From: Calditrichia bacterium
GTDB taxonomy: Bacteria; Calditrichota; Calditrichia; JAJRVZ01
DNA length: 64,000 nt
Reading direction: 5' to 3'
NCBI GenBank assembly: GCA_963796965.1
Contig: CAWCNS010000008.1
Span: 288,001 to 352,000, forward strand
Part shown: positions 61,871 to 64,000 of the stretch, in pieces
How the letters are laid out: each line of letters begins with the position of its first letter
Numbering within the stretch: position 1 is the stretch's first letter
Notes under the pieces: model-generated
The model's database searches: none
The model's input: the letters and a program-made list of their open reading frames with translations, nothing else
What the model was told of the DNA's origin: nothing
Position numbers and translations under genes: made by a program

Positions 61871-63223
61871 ATGAAATATGATAAAATTAAATTCTTACAC
61901 AGCGACAATATCAAGAAACTCATTCAGATTTTTAATTTTTCGTGGTATAACCTTAAAAGTATAATCTTGATAACCCTAATTTTAGGTTTTCTATATTTCC
62001 CCACCAATGCCCAATCATTTGAACCCACGATACCCCAGATTCCAGGTATCGATATTAAACTGGGTAAAACGGTGGTAATCCCACATCAGGAAAAGGTCAA
62101 AACAGCCCTGGCTTTTCGTTTTAATGATGGCCGTATCGTCGTCGGGAATAAAAAGAATTCCCGCTGGTCTTACGACAACGGTAATACCTGGGAAGCCGGT
62201 CCGGAGGTTCAATTCGATAAAGCAGCGATAGACCTGGGAAATGGAGAGATTTTAAGCATCGGGCGAAATTCAAAAAGACAACCAGATGGAAAATCTTCTG
62301 TCAGACTTCTTCGCTCACTAGATAATTGGAAAACGATTTCAGAGGAGGAAGCCGTGGTTGATATTCCCCGTGCCTCTTACACGATTACCGGAAGTGGAGG
62401 TCGGGTTGATGGGTTCCTTTTTCACCATGGTATTCTTGCTCTTGATAATGGTGATTTGATTTGCTCCTTGTATGGGAATTATGAGGGGGATGTTCAGTTA
62501 TGTGCCGGTTACCCGGCAGAACTGGGTCAACGCAAATACCACACTGTGGTTGTCTTTTCAAAAGATAAAGGAAAAACCTGGGGAAATCCTGTTCATGTCG
62601 CCTATGATAAAATGCTTGGCCGTGGTATACCAGATGATCATGATATGGTCGGAAAGAGCATTCCGGAAAGCCGCGTTAGCAGGACAACCATTGTCCCTGC
62701 CGTAACCATGGAAGGATTTCGTGAGTCAGACCTGGTACAGGCACAAAATGGAGATCTGATCTGCCTAATGCGTTCCGGGGGCCGCAATCCGGTTCCTGAA
62801 GCCAATCTATTTCCTACACCGCTCTACTGTTCCCGTTCAAGTGACAACGGCCAAACCTGGTCACCACCAGCCCAGATTGCTGATCGCGGGGTCTGCCCAA
62901 ATGCCGTCACCATGAGCAATGGTATTATTGTCTGCACCTATAGCCGACCCGGAAACTGGTTGATTTTTTCAGATGATCATGGTAAAACCTGGAAAGGTGC
63001 CTTACAATTTGGAGAAGGCGGCGCAACAAATTATATCCATGAGGTTGCACCGGATACGATTCAGGTCTATTATGAGGTTGAAGAAGGTGGTGAGGACAGG
63101 GTGCAAGGAATATTCTTTACCGTAAAAAAAGATCAACTAGCCCGACCTATCAATTATTTTCTCACGCAGAGACGCAGAGAAGACTATTTTACTTTTTTAA
63201 TATTTGAAAAAGGTTTAATTTAA
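61871..63223 (+). CDS. Secreted BNR/Asp-box sialidase-like (GH33-fold) protein
   Basis: Asp-boxes SYDNGNTW, SLDNWKT, SKDKGKTW, SSDNGQTW, SDDHGKTW; E..L..R motif. Confidence 0.8.
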   Translation: MKYDKIKFLHSDNIKKLIQIFNFSWYNLKSIILITLILGFLYFPTNAQSFEPTIPQIPGIDIKLGKTVVIPHQEKVKTALAFRFNDGRIVVGNKKNSRWSYDNGNTWEAGPEVQFDKAAIDLGNGEILSIGRNSKRQPDGKSSVRLLRSLDNWKTISEEEAVVDIPRASYTITGSGGRVDGFLFHHGILALDNGDLICSLYGNYEGDVQLCAGYPAELGQRKYHTVVVFSKDKGKTWGNPVHVAYDKMLGRGIPDDHDMVGKSIPESRVSRTTIVPAVTMEGFRESDLVQAQNGDLICLMRSGGRNPVPEANLFPTPLYCSRSSDNGQTWSPPAQIADRGVCPNAVTMSNGIIVCTYSRPGNWLIFSDDHGKTWKGALQFGEGGATNYIHEVAPDTIQVYYEVEEGGEDRVQGIFFTVKKDQLARPINYFLTQRRREDYFTFLIFEKGLI

Positions 63224-63345
63224 TGGCACAAATTCAAGTGAAGAGGGCCAGATTTCTGCTTTCTGATCACCTGTATTCCTTTAACTTAATCTTTGAATTG
63301 TAAAATCATCGCTCCTACTTCAATGTGATTACAATCTAAATGACA

Positions 63346-64000
63346 TTAAGGTCTGGTATAGGTTGGAGAAATCTCAAAAGTTAAGTTCTGTGTATCAGAA
63401 ACCACTAAGTCCCCCCATACCGTAATGAGATTATCATGATATTCTTTAATGACCCCCCATCGCTTCCCAATTTTAAAAATCCTGCCAGGAAGGACAAGAT
63501 CATCTGACAGTGATTCAATGATCTTAATTTGGGATTGTCCATACTTTTTATCATAGGTAATATTAGTGATCTTCCCATCGATATGATCATCCAAAAACTC
63601 GGGAGAGAGATTGGCATTATTCTTTCCTGTCTTAATGCTCTCATCGTCAACATTATTATTTTCAAAAACAGGCATGGTCACGGTATTTTTGGAGACGACT
63701 AAGGCTCCTTTTCCATTTTCCCTGATGATATTATTTCGAATAATGGAAGCCTGCATATAGGCAAAGGCATTTGAGTAGGATACGCCATAATCATTGGGAT
63801 GATTTATAATGATATTATCCTCAAGTTCCAAATAGGCGTCCACACTCTGAAGCCCCCCACCCGGGTTTTCAAATATGACATTATTAATGATCCTCGCTCT
63901 GCCTTCCTTGCTTAATCGGATACCACCAACACCCCCCCCAAGCGTCCAGTTCCCGGCGACAATATTATCCTTAATCAATGGATTACTCTGCTTCATTAAA
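63346..64000 (-). CDS. Right-handed beta-helix protein, C-terminal part (paralog of 3969-5593)
   Basis: IxNNxI repeats; C-terminus GKRWGVI..TVWGD..PTYT matches GKTWGVV..TIWGD..PTYT. Confidence 0.75.
   Translation of the reverse strand, partial: LMKQSNPLIKDNIVAGNWTLGGGVGGIRLSKEGRARIINNVIFENPGGGLQSVDAYLELEDNIIINHPNDYGVSYSNAFAYMQASIIRNNIIRENGKGALVVSKNTVTMPVFENNNVDDESIKTGKNNANLSPEFLDDHIDGKITNITYDKKYGQSQIKIIESLSDDLVLPGRIFKIGKRWGVIKEYHDNLITVWGDLVVSDTQNLTFEISPTYTRP

Noticed and set aside
1..64000. rRNA, tRNA, transposase, integrase, reverse transcriptase, phage or defence genes
   Set aside because: None was recognisable in the ORFs or intergenic sequence.

Overview
This AT-rich bacterial window is almost entirely one minus-strand catabolic gene cluster of about 59 kb (2.8-61.4 kb). 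It encodes a TonB-dependent receptor with no SusD partner, an SSS symporter and an NRAMP-like transporter, plus TetR and IclR regulators. Secreted enzymes include GH143-, GH138- and GH141-like proteins, two BNR/sialidase-fold proteins, four paralogous uncharacterised beta-propeller proteins, PA14 fusions, esterases, a sulfatase and four phosphoesterases (one just outside the cluster). Downstream catabolic enzymes comprise three DapA/NanA-like aldolases, an HpcH-like protein, two divergent transketolases, an SDR and two UroD/MtaA-like proteins. The content points to breakdown of a glycan rich in 2-keto-3-deoxy sugar acids (Kdo/Dha) and uronate. Sigma70-type promoters and SD sites argue against Bacteroidota (inference). 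Three layers are visible beyond the ORF track: (1) a shared palindromic operator at two promoters; (2) several families of intergenic fold-back elements with 9-nt or 7-nt periodic arms, some nested; (3) about 11 frameshifted genes, with many breaks at AGCT, which suggests a methylation-driven long-read error signature rather than pseudogenes. Family assignments come from motif recognition by eye; no database search was run.
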